The notes beneath the pieces are model-generated. The model was not told the DNA's origin and made no database searches. It saw only the letters and a program-made list of their open reading frames with translations. The translations under genes and the position numbers were made by a program. DNA of 64,000 nt. Origin: Thermoplasmata archaeon. Its GTDB lineage: Archaea > Thermoplasmatota > Thermoplasmata > Lutacidiplasmatales > UBA184. The DNA is taken from assembly GCA_021802125.1 (NCBI GenBank), contig JAKAAX010000003.1, positions 148,300 to 212,299 of the forward strand. Reading direction: 5' to 3'. Of this stretch, positions 1 through 9,578 are shown in pieces (the stretch's first letter is position 1; the number at the start of each line of letters is the position of its first letter).

Positions 1-58
1 GTCTCCCTCGGAGGTCCGGTCCCCAGAGTTTATCCCCGGGAGGTGGTGGGGGAGCTCG

Positions 59-1042
59 ATGGCCCCCAAAGCGCAACCCGCCAGCACCCCGACGAAGCGC
101 GATCTCCTCTCCATTCTGGACGTGGCGGAGGAACTTCCGTCGCTCCTCCGTCGCGCGGCAGAGCTCCGTGCGCTCCGGAACAAGGGGAAGCTCCCCCACC
201 CGCTCGAAGGGCGGGCCCTCGCGATGATCTTCGAGAAGCCTTCGACCCGCACCCGGAGCTCCTTCGAGCTCGCCATGGTGGAGCTCGGGGGCCACGCGGT
301 CTACCTCTCGACGAAGGACATGCAGTTGGGCCGCGGAGAGACGATCGCCGACACCGCCCGCGTCCTTTCCAGGTACTACCACGGGATCTGCTACCGCGCG
401 TTCCGCTGGCAGGACGAGACCGAGCTCGCCAAGTGGTCCTCCATCCCCGTGATCAACGCCCTGGACGACCGGGAACACCCTTGCCAGATCGTGGCCGACC
501 TGCAGACCCTCTGGGAGCGGTGGGGCGGGAAGTTCGAGGGAAGGCAGCTGGCCTACATCGGCGACGGGAACAACGTGCTTCGCTCGCTCATGTACGGGGC
601 CGCCATCGTCGGCCTCGATTTCGTCGCCGCGATCCCCCAGGGCTACCGGCCCGACACCGAGACCCTCGCCAAGGCCCGCGAGCTGGCGGCCAAGAAGGGG
701 TCGAAGGTGGAGATCGTGGACACTCCGAAGGCCGCGGCGCGCGGCTCGGACGCGCTCTACACCGACGTCTGGGTCTCCATGGGGGACGAGGCGGAGGCGG
801 CCCAGCGCAAGGAGGCCTTCCACGGGTTCCAGATCAACGACCTCCTCCTGGGCCACGCCAAGGACGGGGCCTTCGCGCTGCACGACCTTCCGGCCCACCG
901 CGGGGAGGAGATCTCCGACTCCGTGATGGACGGGGAGCACCAGGCGATCTGGGACCAGGCGGAGAACCGCCTCCACGCCCAGAAGGCGATCCTGGAGCTC
1001 CTTCTGCGGACCCGACCGGGTCCCGCTCGGCGGGCCCGGTAG
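59..1042 (+). CDS. argF: ornithine carbamoyltransferase
   Basis: 327-aa ORF. Carbamoyl-phosphate site FEKPSTRTRSSFE, HPCQ motif, ornithine-site DVWVSMG and HDLPAHRGEE (HCLP-type). GGAGGTG lies upstream of ATG 59. Confidence 0.93.
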   Translation: MAPKAQPASTPTKRDLLSILDVAEELPSLLRRAAELRALRNKGKLPHPLEGRALAMIFEKPSTRTRSSFELAMVELGGHAVYLSTKDMQLGRGETIADTARVLSRYYHGICYRAFRWQDETELAKWSSIPVINALDDREHPCQIVADLQTLWERWGGKFEGRQLAYIGDGNNVLRSLMYGAAIVGLDFVAAIPQGYRPDTETLAKARELAAKKGSKVEIVDTPKAAARGSDALYTDVWVSMGDEAEAAQRKEAFHGFQINDLLLGHAKDGAFALHDLPAHRGEEISDSVMDGEHQAIWDQAENRLHAQKAILELLLRTRPGPARRAR

Positions 1043-1191
1043 GGAACTTCCCCCCCCTCTCACGCCCGCCCTTGTTCCCGTCGGCGGTCGCACGCCCCGG
1101 TGCGTGAGCATGGTGCCGACGGGGCGTTTGGGTGGGGCGCCCTCCGCCCGCGCGGGCGGGAGTGGAGGGCGACGCTCTGCGCCTTTCCGGC

Positions 1192-1641
1192 TCAGGCCTC
1201 CGCCGCCTCCGGGCGCGCGGTGAGCCGTACCTTCAGGGTCCGCTCGAGCTTGCGCACGAGGGCGTCCGGGGGGACCATCCCTCCGCTCTCGAGCTTGTGG
1301 ACAACGCTGACCTTCTCGTTGATCTTGGCGCCGAACTGCTCCTGGGTGAGCCCGAGCTTCTCGCGGGCCTCCCGGACCTTCCGGCTCCACTGCGGGTCGA
1401 GCTCCAGGTCGGGGAGCTCGGCGTAGAGGTCCCGCTCGGTCATCCGCTTCTGGTGGGACCCGATGCGGTCCTGGACGTCGGTGCCGAGGGCACCGCCGCC
1501 GTTGCCGCCGCCCGTCGCCCCCGGGGTGGGGGCCAGAGGCTTCCCGAACCGGCTACAGGCGGTGCACACCTCGAGCACCGAACTTTCCACTTTCACACGG
1601 ACGACCGTTTCGCTTTCCTTGCCGCACATCTCACACAGCAT
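1192..1641 (-). CDS. mbf1: archaeal multiprotein bridging factor 1 (zinc ribbon + XRE-type HTH)
   Basis: 149-aa ORF. N-terminal CEMCG...CTACSRFG zinc ribbon and C-terminal HTH (LGLTQEQFGAKINEKVSVVHKLESG), the aMBF1 architecture. The start overlaps the 3' end of the upstream HAD gene by 11 nt. Confidence 0.8.
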   Translation of the reverse strand: MLCEMCGKESETVVRVKVESSVLEVCTACSRFGKPLAPTPGATGGGNGGGALGTDVQDRIGSHQKRMTERDLYAELPDLELDPQWSRKVREAREKLGLTQEQFGAKINEKVSVVHKLESGGMVPPDALVRKLERTLKVRLTARPEAAEA

Positions 1642-2209
1642 GCTTCTCTTCCTCCTTCTCTTCCAGTCCTTCTCGGAACAACGATTCCTCGCGGATCACC
1701 GCGGTCCTTGGCGGCGACGGCTCGCCCCGGGCCCGCTCGATCGCGACCGGGACCTCGTCGAACTCCTCGATCGTGACCGTGGCGCGCTCCTCCTCCGAGC
1801 TCGGGTCGAGCCGGTAGCGCGGGCTCCAGCGGAAGTGCACCGTCCGCATGCCCATGGCCTTCGCGCCCGCGACGTCGGCGTCGAGCTCGTTTCCCACCAT
1901 GACGCAGGTCCCTGCGGTCGACTGGAGGGCCGCGAGCGCGGCCTCGAAGGCGAGGGGATGCGGCTTCCTCCATCCGATGTCGGTGGAGGTCACGATGGCG
2001 CGGAAGTGCCGTCCGATCCCGAGGCGGTCGAGCTCCACCGAGATGTCCGAGCGCGTGGCCGCCCGGGTGTTCGAGAGGACGGCCAGGCGGTACTGCGGGT
2101 CCAGCTCTCCCAGCGCGCGCCGGACGCCCGGCAGAAGAGGTTCGTCGGAGAACCATCCCTTCCCCTCGTCCAGGAGCGTGTCTCCGAGGTCGAAGATGAC
2201 GGCCTCCAC
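1631..2209 (-). CDS. HAD-superfamily hydrolase (subfamily IA-like)
   Basis: Only the last 192 codons of the 580-aa ORF 1631..3373 look real. Motif I FDLGDTL follows GTG 2209 directly; also VLSNT, WRKPHP and GNELDADV. Alternative GTG start at 2284. The remainder of the long ORF is antisense to 2486..3340. Confidence 0.7.
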   Translation of the reverse strand: MEAVIFDLGDTLLDEGKGWFSDEPLLPGVRRALGELDPQYRLAVLSNTRAATRSDISVELDRLGIGRHFRAIVTSTDIGWRKPHPLAFEAALAALQSTAGTCVMVGNELDADVAGAKAMGMRTVHFRWSPRYRLDPSSEEERATVTIEEFDEVPVAIERARGEPSPPRTAVIREESLFREGLEEKEEEKHAV

Positions 2210-2485
2210 CGGGAGGGCCTCCGGGCGGGGGGCGCTCGCGCGCGGGGCCCGGTGGGTCGTCGTCTTCCCTGCACGGACCGTCACGGGCTCGACCCTCCTC
2301 CTAGACCCCTGGACCTCCCGTCGGGGGGTCGCGAGGCGCTGTCCGACCAATATGGGCGCCTTCTCCTCTCCAGAGCTTTGAGGACGGACCTTTCTAAGCC
2401 CCGGGCGCCTATTTACTTTCTCTTCCGAGGTCGCCGTCCGCCCCGGCCCATCCCTTAAGAGGGCACGAGTTCGTGCCTCGCGAAC

Positions 2486-3340
2486 ATGCCGATGCCCAGG
2501 GCCTATTCGTGGCTCAAGGAAGGGGACACCTGCAGGTTCTGCATCGGGTCGGGCGCCGCCCTGGGCGGCCGCTGCAAGCACTGCGCCGGGCTCGGTAAGA
2601 CGTTCGAAGGCCAGCCCCGACAACCCTGCGAGCTCTGCGACGGCCAGGGGAAGCTGAAGTCCGGGGAGCCCTGCGGGGCCTGCGGGGCCAAGGGTTGGGA
2701 GGCCTTCGAGGCCCGGCCCACCGTCGCCTGCCGGTTCTGCATGGGGAGCGGCAACTCGGTCGGAGGGACCTGCAAGCACTGCGAGGGCGCCGGCCGTCTC
2801 GAGCTCGACGCCGACGGCAACGTCATCGACCTTCTCCTCACCGCGAAGGCCCGGGAGCAGAAGTGCCCCGAGTGCCTGGGGATCGGCTACCGGGCCCGGG
2901 GGGCGTCGTGCGACACCTGCGGGGGGACCGGGAAGAAGGTCCTCACCGCGGCCCAGTACGCCGCGCAGCTCAAGGCGCAGGGCGGAGGCACCGGCCCCAA
3001 GCCCGCGGCCTCGCAGCCTCTCGTTCCCGCGGCCCCTCCCATCAGCCAGGGGAACCCTCTCGCGCAGTCGAAGTTCGGAGCGGCGAAGTTCTGCATGGCC
3101 TGCGGTACCGGGATCAAGCCGGAGGCCAACGCGTGCCCCAAGTGCGGCAAGCCGGTGAACGCTCCCTCCCGGGAGGATGCGAAGATCCGGGGGACCCCGG
3201 CTCCCGCGGCCACCCCGGCGCAGACCCGGGCCCAATCGATGTTCCAGCCGCCGCAGTACTGTAAGGGATGCGGGACGGCGTTCAAGGCCGGCATCACCCA
3301 CTGCCCGAAGTGCGGCAAACCGGCGACGACGCCGACCTAG
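2486..3340 (+). CDS. cysteine-rich protein with eight DnaJ-type CxxCxGxG motifs and two C-terminal zinc ribbons
   Basis: 284-aa ORF. CxxCxGxG at C17, C30, C48, C63, C82, C96, C127 and C142. Two CxxC-x(10-12)-CPKCGKP ribbons (FCMACG...CPKCGKP, YCKGCG...CPKCGKP). No J domain. Confidence 0.65.
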   Translation: MPMPRAYSWLKEGDTCRFCIGSGAALGGRCKHCAGLGKTFEGQPRQPCELCDGQGKLKSGEPCGACGAKGWEAFEARPTVACRFCMGSGNSVGGTCKHCEGAGRLELDADGNVIDLLLTAKAREQKCPECLGIGYRARGASCDTCGGTGKKVLTAAQYAAQLKAQGGGTGPKPAASQPLVPAAPPISQGNPLAQSKFGAAKFCMACGTGIKPEANACPKCGKPVNAPSREDAKIRGTPAPAATPAQTRAQSMFQPPQYCKGCGTAFKAGITHCPKCGKPATTPT

Positions 3341-3369
3341 GGGCCCGGACCGGCCCTGGGCTGGGCCGT

Positions 3370-6300
3370 TCACCCGTGAGGGCCCACGTCAGGCGGCGCA
3401 GGGACCGTTCCCGTTCCCGCCCCCGTCCCGGTTCCTGCGCCCGCGACCTGGTCGTGCTGGGCGGAGGGGCTGGAGGCGGGAGGAGCGTGGGAAAGCCTCT
3501 CGACCGGTGGATGGCGCCGCCGTCGCTCGACCAGGAGCACGGCCGTGAGGGCCGAGGCCAGCGTCACGGCGCCCACGAGCAGCACCGCCTGGCCCGTGAA
3601 GTTCGCGGTCCAGGGGAGGGTCGTGACGTTGATGACGTGAACCGGGATCGAGAAGTTGTCCTGGGTGAACGAGTAGACGAACCCCACCGCCTGGACGTTC
3701 ACGACGACCGTCGTGTTCGTGCGCGGAGCCGTGTAGACGAAGCTCAGGTTCCCGTAGGCGTTGGTCCAGCCGAACACCGAGTTGCCCTGCTTCTGCGAGG
3801 GGTTCCCCTGGTCGGGGCTGACCAGCATGAAGACCCGGGTGAGGGGCGTTCCGAAGTAGAGGGAGGAGGCCTGCACCGTGAGGTTCCCGTGCTCTCCCGG
3901 GCGGAACACGACCGGGTCCGTGACGAGCTTGAGCGAGAGGGGCCCGTACCCTCCGTGGACCTCCAGGACCGTCGCCGCGCTGCCGTTCGACCACCCGGAG
4001 GAGGACCCGCCGCCCCCGGAGACGTTCACGACGAGGATGTCCCCCGTCGCCGTCGGGGTGATGAGCGTGGAGAAGAGCCCCTGGACGAGACCGGCGCCGG
4101 GCGAGGTCCAGTGGCTGAGCACCCCGTAGGGCTGCGAGCTCAGCGTGACGTTCGCGGCCTTGACCGGCAGGCCGTTCCCGCTCGTCGAGCCGTGCACGTT
4201 CACCGAGAGAGGGACGGTCCCCATGCTGACGATCGATCCGGTTCCGAGGGTGAGCGCGGCGACGGCCGCATCGGGGGTCGGCGAGGGAAGGATCGGCAAG
4301 AGGAAGCGGAAGGAGGCCGAGGTGAATCCCGGCAGCCCGAGGGTCACCGTGAGCGTCGCTTCCGTGGGTGAAGTGACGGACGGCACGGTCCAGGTGGTCG
4401 CGTAGAGCCCGGAGGTATCGAGCGACCCGGCGAGGCTCCCAGAGGCGCCTCCGGAGAAGGCGATGCTGAGCGAGGCGTTCGATGCCGGGTACCCGCGATA
4501 CGCCTTGAGCCCCCCGACCACGATCGCTTCGGAGCTTCCGCCATAGGCGGGGGTCCCCCCGAACCGGACCCAGGGCGTGATGGAGGGGCCCGTGGTCGGG
4601 TCCACGCGGAGGAGCGCCTCCCCCATCCCCGTCGCGTACCCGGCAGCGGAGAGGTTCGCGAAGATCCCGAAGACCACCGTGTGGTTGACCTGCGGAGCGG
4701 TGTAGTTGACGTAGAAGGACCCCGAGGGGCCCGTGGTCCCCGACCTCGCGGAGAAGGTCCCCTGGAGGGGGGAGAGCTGGACCTGGGCGCCGGGGACGGG
4801 GAGGCCGTCGAAGGTGGCGGTCAGTCTCACCATCGTGGTCGCTCCGCCCACGAGCAGGTTGGAGGAGGGGACCATGTCGGCGACGAGGGTCCGCGGGACC
4901 ACCGGGCAGCTCGCCGGGCCGGGGCCCACCACGATGCAGAGCGTGGTGCTTCCTCCCCGCATCGGGCTGGAGGAATCGTTGGCCACCACCCCCAGCAGGT
5001 AGGACCGGTTTCGCAGGTACACGTGGTCGATCGAGGGGCCGTCCTCGGCCCAGGTGTTCTCGTAGGTGCCGTCGCCGAAGAAGTAGCTGAACCGGTAGGG
5101 GCCCGTCCCCCCGGCCGCGGTCGCCCGGATCTGGGTGAGGCCTCCGGCGGGGGCGGCGGTGGCGTTCGCGCTCACCTCGAGAGGTCCGGCGTTGCCCACG
5201 TTGATCGCGACCGGGACGCTCATGGTCACGTTGTCCGCCGTGTCGAGCGCGGTGGCGAAGGCCGCGTAGGTCCCGTTCCCGGGGGTCGTGAAGTTCACCG
5301 CGGCGTCGGCCGGGTAGAGGTAGGTGCTCGAGTTCGTCGTGCCAAAGCTGGCGTTGGCTTCCTGGTAGGGGGCGCCGGTGTCCCCGTAATAGAACGTGTA
5401 GGAGGTGGAGGGGACGGCGGAGGGAAGCGCCCCGGCGCGGAACTGCACGGGCAGCGGCGCGACGCCGGCCAGGGGCTCCGCCGAGAGGAGCATCGACCCG
5501 GGAGCGGGCGGCGAGAAGGAGCGGAAGCTCCCTCCCGTCAGGTCCTGGAAGAGGTGGCTGAAGTTGGGGGTCCCGAGACCGGTGACCGGGTCCCACCCGG
5601 CTCCGGCGGTGTATCCGTTCCAGCCCGTGGTCACGTCGTGGAAGTCCGTCGCGTAGCTCGGCGAGCGGAGGATCTGGTAGAGCGCGGGGCTGAGGAACCC
5701 CCTCCCCGGAGCGCTCCCGTTCGACCCCTCCTTGAGGAGCGCGTCCATCCCCGCCCACTGGGGGGCCCCGTCGCTCGTGCCCTCCACGTACTGCGCGTTC
5801 CCCTGATAGAAGATCCCGAGCGGGACCGCCGAGACGATGGAGACGTCGGGTACCCCGCGGGTGGTGTTGGCGTACCTGGAGAACCCGGGGCCGGACTGCC
5901 ACCCGGGCCTGGGAAGGACCGAGAAGCCCCCGCCTGACCCGCCGCCGTTCAGGCAGAAGGAGGAGGTCCCGTCCCACGCCGTCTCGTTCTGGTAGGCCCC
6001 GGAGGAGGTGAGGTTGAGGACGGTCCCGCCCACCCCGATGGCGTGGGGGTCGGAGGCGGGGTACCACGCCGTGTTCTGGAGCGTGCCGCCGTTCGCGCCG
6101 CAGTCTCCGGAAGCCACGAAGACGTTCATGCCCTCCGCCGCCGCGCTCTCGAGGACCGGTTCCAGCGTCGCGAACGTCCCGTCGGTCGAGGCGTTGCACT
6201 CGTAGTTGCACGGCCCGAAGTTGAACACCCCGGTCTCGGGCTCCCCCCAGGAGAGCGAGATGACGTCGACGGCCTGGGTCGCCACCAGCCAGGCGACCCC

Positions 6301-7377
6301 GTAGTACAGCCCGTAGGCGTTGTTCGGGGAGAGGACCATCGTCAGCGCCGCGTCGGGGGCCGTCGCGTGGGCCCACTCCAGGTCGAGCGCGATCTCCAGG
6401 CCCCAGCCGGAGCTCGTGCTGTTGTTGAGCCCCGAGGGCCCGGGGACGGGCCAGGCGATGGTCGCGTTCTGCTGCGGAAGTCCGTAGCAGGAGGAGAAGA
6501 GCGAGAGGTCGTGCTCGATCCTCCAGGGCTTCTCCTGGGTATCGTAGGCGTCGACGATCCCGATGCGCTCCCCCTGGCCGCGGTCCCCCGAGCTCAGCAC
6601 GGGGGTGATGTTGTAGGCGCCCTGCACCGAGGCGGGAGTGAGCGAGCCGTTCGGGCACGCCGAAGAGGTGACATGCGGAGCCCCCGAGAGGGCGCTCGGA
6701 GACCCAGAGAGGGCCGTCGTGGGCGGCGGAGAGGCGGGCACCACGAGTGGCTGGGCCGCGCCCACCGGGTCGGGAGAGGAGAGGGCGACGACCGGGAGGT
6801 CCGCCGGAAGCTTCGGGACGGAGGCGTAGGCGATGGCGGCAGGCGCGGAGGGGTTCCCGGAGTCGTACTGGACCAACGGAGTGTCGAAAGCCCTCGAGAA
6901 GGAGGAGGACGGTCCGCTCACTTCCCACACCCAGCCGTTCGCGGGCGCACGGACCGTGAGCCCGTTCCCGGACAGGTAGGCCCGGAGGTTGGAGACCGAG
7001 GCCGGGGAGGGGCCGAAGGCCTGGGCCACCTCGGAAGAGGTCAGCTTCGGGGCGCCGGGACTTCCGGCATACGAGGCCAGCGCCGAGGGGTCACGGGGTG
7101 CGAGAGTGAGGGTGGCGTGGACGGTGGTGTCCGTGGGGAGCTGGACCGGGTCGTGGTAGGCGCCGAGCTGGGCCGGGGCCCCGACAGCGACGGGAGCCTC
7201 CAGAGCTCGCAGCGAGGGAGCGGGCGGAGCCAGGAGGGACTGGCTGGCCCCGGAAAGGGAGGTGGGGAGTCCCGAGGGGACGCTCAGGAGCAGGAAGAGC
7301 GCGAGGACCGCTCCGGCCCCGGCGCTCTGCCAGAGGCGTCTCGGGAGCCTGTGCAGGGTAGGGGATGACCTTCTCAT
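3370..7377 (-). CDS. secreted, membrane-anchored S53 sedolisin/kumamolisin-family serine peptidase with a long Ig/PKD-like stalk
   Basis: Pro-kumamolisin-type activation domain (about aa 100-190 of the 1352-aa ORF). Catalytic motifs GLEIALDLEW (ExxLD), SLSWG, ASGDCG and GTSDGAPQWAG. Ca-site DVTTGWNGYTAGAGWDPVTGLGTP. About 700 aa of beta-rich stalk follow, then TM AVLLVGAVTLASALTAVLLV + RRRRH. ATG 7377 (MRRSSPTLHRLPRRLW...) is preferred over 7428 because a TATA-like ttaataca (7442-7449, minus sense) sits only about 17 nt from 7428. Confidence 0.85.
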   Translation of the reverse strand: MRRSSPTLHRLPRRLWQSAGAGAVLALFLLLSVPSGLPTSLSGASQSLLAPPAPSLRALEAPVAVGAPAQLGAYHDPVQLPTDTTVHATLTLAPRDPSALASYAGSPGAPKLTSSEVAQAFGPSPASVSNLRAYLSGNGLTVRAPANGWVWEVSGPSSSFSRAFDTPLVQYDSGNPSAPAAIAYASVPKLPADLPVVALSSPDPVGAAQPLVVPASPPPTTALSGSPSALSGAPHVTSSACPNGSLTPASVQGAYNITPVLSSGDRGQGERIGIVDAYDTQEKPWRIEHDLSLFSSCYGLPQQNATIAWPVPGPSGLNNSTSSGWGLEIALDLEWAHATAPDAALTMVLSPNNAYGLYYGVAWLVATQAVDVISLSWGEPETGVFNFGPCNYECNASTDGTFATLEPVLESAAAEGMNVFVASGDCGANGGTLQNTAWYPASDPHAIGVGGTVLNLTSSGAYQNETAWDGTSSFCLNGGGSGGGFSVLPRPGWQSGPGFSRYANTTRGVPDVSIVSAVPLGIFYQGNAQYVEGTSDGAPQWAGMDALLKEGSNGSAPGRGFLSPALYQILRSPSYATDFHDVTTGWNGYTAGAGWDPVTGLGTPNFSHLFQDLTGGSFRSFSPPAPGSMLLSAEPLAGVAPLPVQFRAGALPSAVPSTSYTFYYGDTGAPYQEANASFGTTNSSTYLYPADAAVNFTTPGNGTYAAFATALDTADNVTMSVPVAINVGNAGPLEVSANATAAPAGGLTQIRATAAGGTGPYRFSYFFGDGTYENTWAEDGPSIDHVYLRNRSYLLGVVANDSSSPMRGGSTTLCIVVGPGPASCPVVPRTLVADMVPSSNLLVGGATTMVRLTATFDGLPVPGAQVQLSPLQGTFSARSGTTGPSGSFYVNYTAPQVNHTVVFGIFANLSAAGYATGMGEALLRVDPTTGPSITPWVRFGGTPAYGGSSEAIVVGGLKAYRGYPASNASLSIAFSGGASGSLAGSLDTSGLYATTWTVPSVTSPTEATLTVTLGLPGFTSASFRFLLPILPSPTPDAAVAALTLGTGSIVSMGTVPLSVNVHGSTSGNGLPVKAANVTLSSQPYGVLSHWTSPGAGLVQGLFSTLITPTATGDILVVNVSGGGGSSSGWSNGSAATVLEVHGGYGPLSLKLVTDPVVFRPGEHGNLTVQASSLYFGTPLTRVFMLVSPDQGNPSQKQGNSVFGWTNAYGNLSFVYTAPRTNTTVVVNVQAVGFVYSFTQDNFSIPVHVINVTTLPWTANFTGQAVLLVGAVTLASALTAVLLVERRRRHPPVERLSHAPPASSPSAQHDQVAGAGTGTGAGTGTVPAPPDVGPHG

Positions 7378-7535
7378 CGGAGCGTACCATCGAGGAGGGC
7401 TGCCCCCGGCCGCGCTCCGTTCTCTCATCAGCGGCCCACTTGTATTAAGAGCGCGTTGCCCGCCCTCGTCCTCCCTATCGGCGAGAAATCGGAACGTCTC
7501 TCTCGGGCTCTCTCGGGAAAACCGAGCGCGCAGCC

Positions 7536-7542
7536 TTTAATA
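7536..7542 (+). promoter_or_regulatory. TATA-box-like element upstream of tuf
   Basis: tttaata lies about 40 nt upstream of ATG 7581 in an otherwise GC-rich spacer. Confidence 0.4.
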
Positions 7543-7580
7543 GCGAGGGAACTTGCGGCGCGCGGGAGCGCAAGCTATCC

Positions 7581-8861
7581 ATGGCACAGAAGCCGCACCT
7601 GAACCTGGTGTTCATCGGTCACGTCGACCACGGCAAGTCGACCACAGTCGGAAGGATCCTGTTGGACGCGGGGGTCATCCGTCAAGAAGAAATCGACAAG
7701 TTCCGCGCTGAGGCGGAGGCGAAGGGGAAGGCCACCTTCGAATTCGCTTGGGTGATGGACGACCTCAAGGAGGAGCGGGAGCGAGGCGTCACGATCGACA
7801 TCGCGCACCGCCGCTTTGACACCGACAAGTACTACTTCACGATCATCGACGCGCCCGGTCACCGGGACTTCGTGAAGAACATGATCACGGGGACGAGCCA
7901 GGCCGATGCGGCCGTGCTCGTGTGCTCGGCCGCCGAGGGCGTCCAGGAGCAGACCCGGGAACACATCTTCCTGTCCCGAACGCTCGGGATCCGGCAGATG
8001 ATCGTCGCGATCAACAAGATGGACCGCCAGGAGGTCGCCTACTCCGAGAAGCGGTTCAACGAAGTGAGGGAGGAGCTCACCGTCCGCCTGAAGCAGATCG
8101 GGTTCAAGATCCCCGAGCAGGTGACCTTCATCCCCATCTCGGCGTTCAAGGACGACAACATCAACAAGGCGTCGCCCAACATGCCCTGGTACAAGGGCCC
8201 GACGCTCATGGCGGCCCTCAACAGCCTCCAGGTGCCGGAGAAGCCCACGGACAAGCCCCTGCGGCTGCCCGTCCAGGACGTCTACACGATCCAGGGTATC
8301 GGGACCGTCCCGGTGGGCCGGATCGAGACCGGGAAGATGAAGCCGGGCGACAAGATCATCTTCATGCCCTCGAACAAGGGCGGCGAAGTGAAGAGCATCG
8401 AGATGCACCACGAGCAGGTCCAGGAGGCCATCCCCGGCGACAACGTCGGGTTCAACGTTCGTGGCATCGACAAGAACGACATCAAGCGCGGCGACGTCGC
8501 TGGCCCTGCCTCCAACCCCCCGACGGTGGCCGAGGCGTTCATCGCCCAGATCCAGGTGCTCAACCACCCGTCCGTCGTGACGGAGGGCTACACCCCGGTC
8601 TTCCACTGCCACACGGCCCAGGTCGCGTGCGAGTTCACCGAGCTGCAGAAGCAGCTCGACCCGAAGACCGGCCAGCCGATGCCGGAGAAGCCCACGACCC
8701 TGAAGACGGGAGACGCGGCGATCGTCAAGATCACCCCGAAGCGCCCGCTCGTGGTCGAGAAGTACAAGGAGTTCCCCCAGCTCGGACGCTTCGCGATCCG
8801 CGACATGGGTCAGACCATCGCGGCCGGTGTCGTCATCGACGTCAAGAAGCGGGAGGGCTGA
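7581..8861 (+). CDS. tuf: translation elongation factor aEF-1 alpha
   Basis: 426-aa ORF. GTPase motifs [17 protein letters not shown] and NKMD, with full-length similarity to archaeal/eukaryotic EF-1alpha. Confidence 0.97.
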   Translation: MAQKPHLNLVFIGHVDHGKSTTVGRILLDAGVIRQEEIDKFRAEAEAKGKATFEFAWVMDDLKEERERGVTIDIAHRRFDTDKYYFTIIDAPGHRDFVKNMITGTSQADAAVLVCSAAEGVQEQTREHIFLSRTLGIRQMIVAINKMDRQEVAYSEKRFNEVREELTVRLKQIGFKIPEQVTFIPISAFKDDNINKASPNMPWYKGPTLMAALNSLQVPEKPTDKPLRLPVQDVYTIQGIGTVPVGRIETGKMKPGDKIIFMPSNKGGEVKSIEMHHEQVQEAIPGDNVGFNVRGIDKNDIKRGDVAGPASNPPTVAEAFIAQIQVLNHPSVVTEGYTPVFHCHTAQVACEFTELQKQLDPKTGQPMPEKPTTLKTGDAAIVKITPKRPLVVEKYKEFPQLGRFAIRDMGQTIAAGVVIDVKKREG

Positions 8862-8896
8862 AGGTCCTCCGTGCGATACGGGACACTCTCACCACT

Positions 8897-9208
8897 ATGG
8901 CGCAGAAGGCTCGTATCGCGCTCTCCGGCACCGACCCTCGTAAGGTCGATGCGGTCTGCGCCCAGATCAAGGAGATCTCTTCCCGAAGCGGCATCGACAT
9001 GACCGGACCCATCCCGCTTCCGACGAAGCGGCTGAAGGTCCCGGTCCGGAAGGGCCCGGACGGCGGCGGCTCCTCCACGATCGACCACTGGGAGATGCGG
9101 ATCCACAAGCGCTTGATCGACATCGACGCCGACGAGAGGGCCCTCCGATCCGTGATGAGGATCCAGGTGCCGGACGGCGTCAACATCGAGATCGTCCTCA
9201 AGGCGTAG
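8897..9208 (+). CDS. rps10: 30S ribosomal protein S10 (uS10)
   Basis: 103 codons from ATG 8897 inside ORF 7922..9208 ([11 protein letters not shown]...[17 protein letters not shown]...[13 protein letters not shown]). Conserved tuf-rps10 synteny. Confidence 0.95.
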   Translation: MAQKARIALSGTDPRKVDAVCAQIKEISSRSGIDMTGPIPLPTKRLKVPVRKGPDGGGSSTIDHWEMRIHKRLIDIDADERALRSVMRIQVPDGVNIEIVLKA

Positions 9209-9543
9209 GCCGGCCCGGACCACTCCCGGCGCCGCGCCGCCTCCCTGGCGGAGCGTCCCCCGGCTCGCTTCCGTGCCCTAGGCATGCCGGCCGAAGGTGG
9301 GAGTGGGGCGTCAAGCCCTGGGGTCGGACGGCCCATGCCCGTGACACAGTGACGCGGTGTGACTCGGACGGTCCACGTCCGCTCAACATCCCCCCCCGGT
9401 GATGTACGTTCCTTCGATGTCGAGCGAGAACCCCGCCCTTCCCCACGGCCCGCGTCCCCCACACCCCGGTCAGGGACCTTCCCCCGGCGATGGTCCGGTC
9501 GGTCCGGAACCCGGTATCGGCCGAGCCAATTAGTTAGGCTACC

Positions 9544-9553
9544 AAAGTATATA
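9544..9553 (+). promoter_or_regulatory. TATA-box-like element, probable leaderless promoter of 9579 gene
   Basis: aaagtatata is centred about 29 nt upstream of ATG 9579. Confidence 0.4.
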
Positions 9554-9578
9554 CGCGGTCGTGCCCTCACCCGTTCGG

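Noticed and set aside
1631-3373. 580-aa ORF on the minus strand.
   Set aside because: Only the C-terminal 192 codons carry HAD motifs. The N-terminal 380 codons are Arg/Gly/Pro-rich and lie antisense to the Cys-periodic zinc-finger gene 2486..3340. This is a typical high-GC read-through ORF.
3389-6928. 1179-aa ORF in an alternative frame of the S53 gene, plus plus-strand ORFs 3268..4371, 4681..5937 and 6043..7368.
   Set aside because: Their Arg/Gly/Pro/Asp-dominated composition shows no motifs, and they overlap a gene with complete S53 signatures. They are shadow ORFs caused by the scarcity of stop codons at this GC content.
7575-8612. 345-aa ORF antisense to tuf, and 7922..9208 in a second sense frame.
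   Set aside because: They overlap the unmistakable aEF-1alpha gene. Only the last 103 codons of 7922..9208 (rps10) are real.
9400-9440. gtgatgt resembling a C box of a C/D sRNA.
   Set aside because: There is no matching D box (ctga) at an appropriate distance and no terminal stem.
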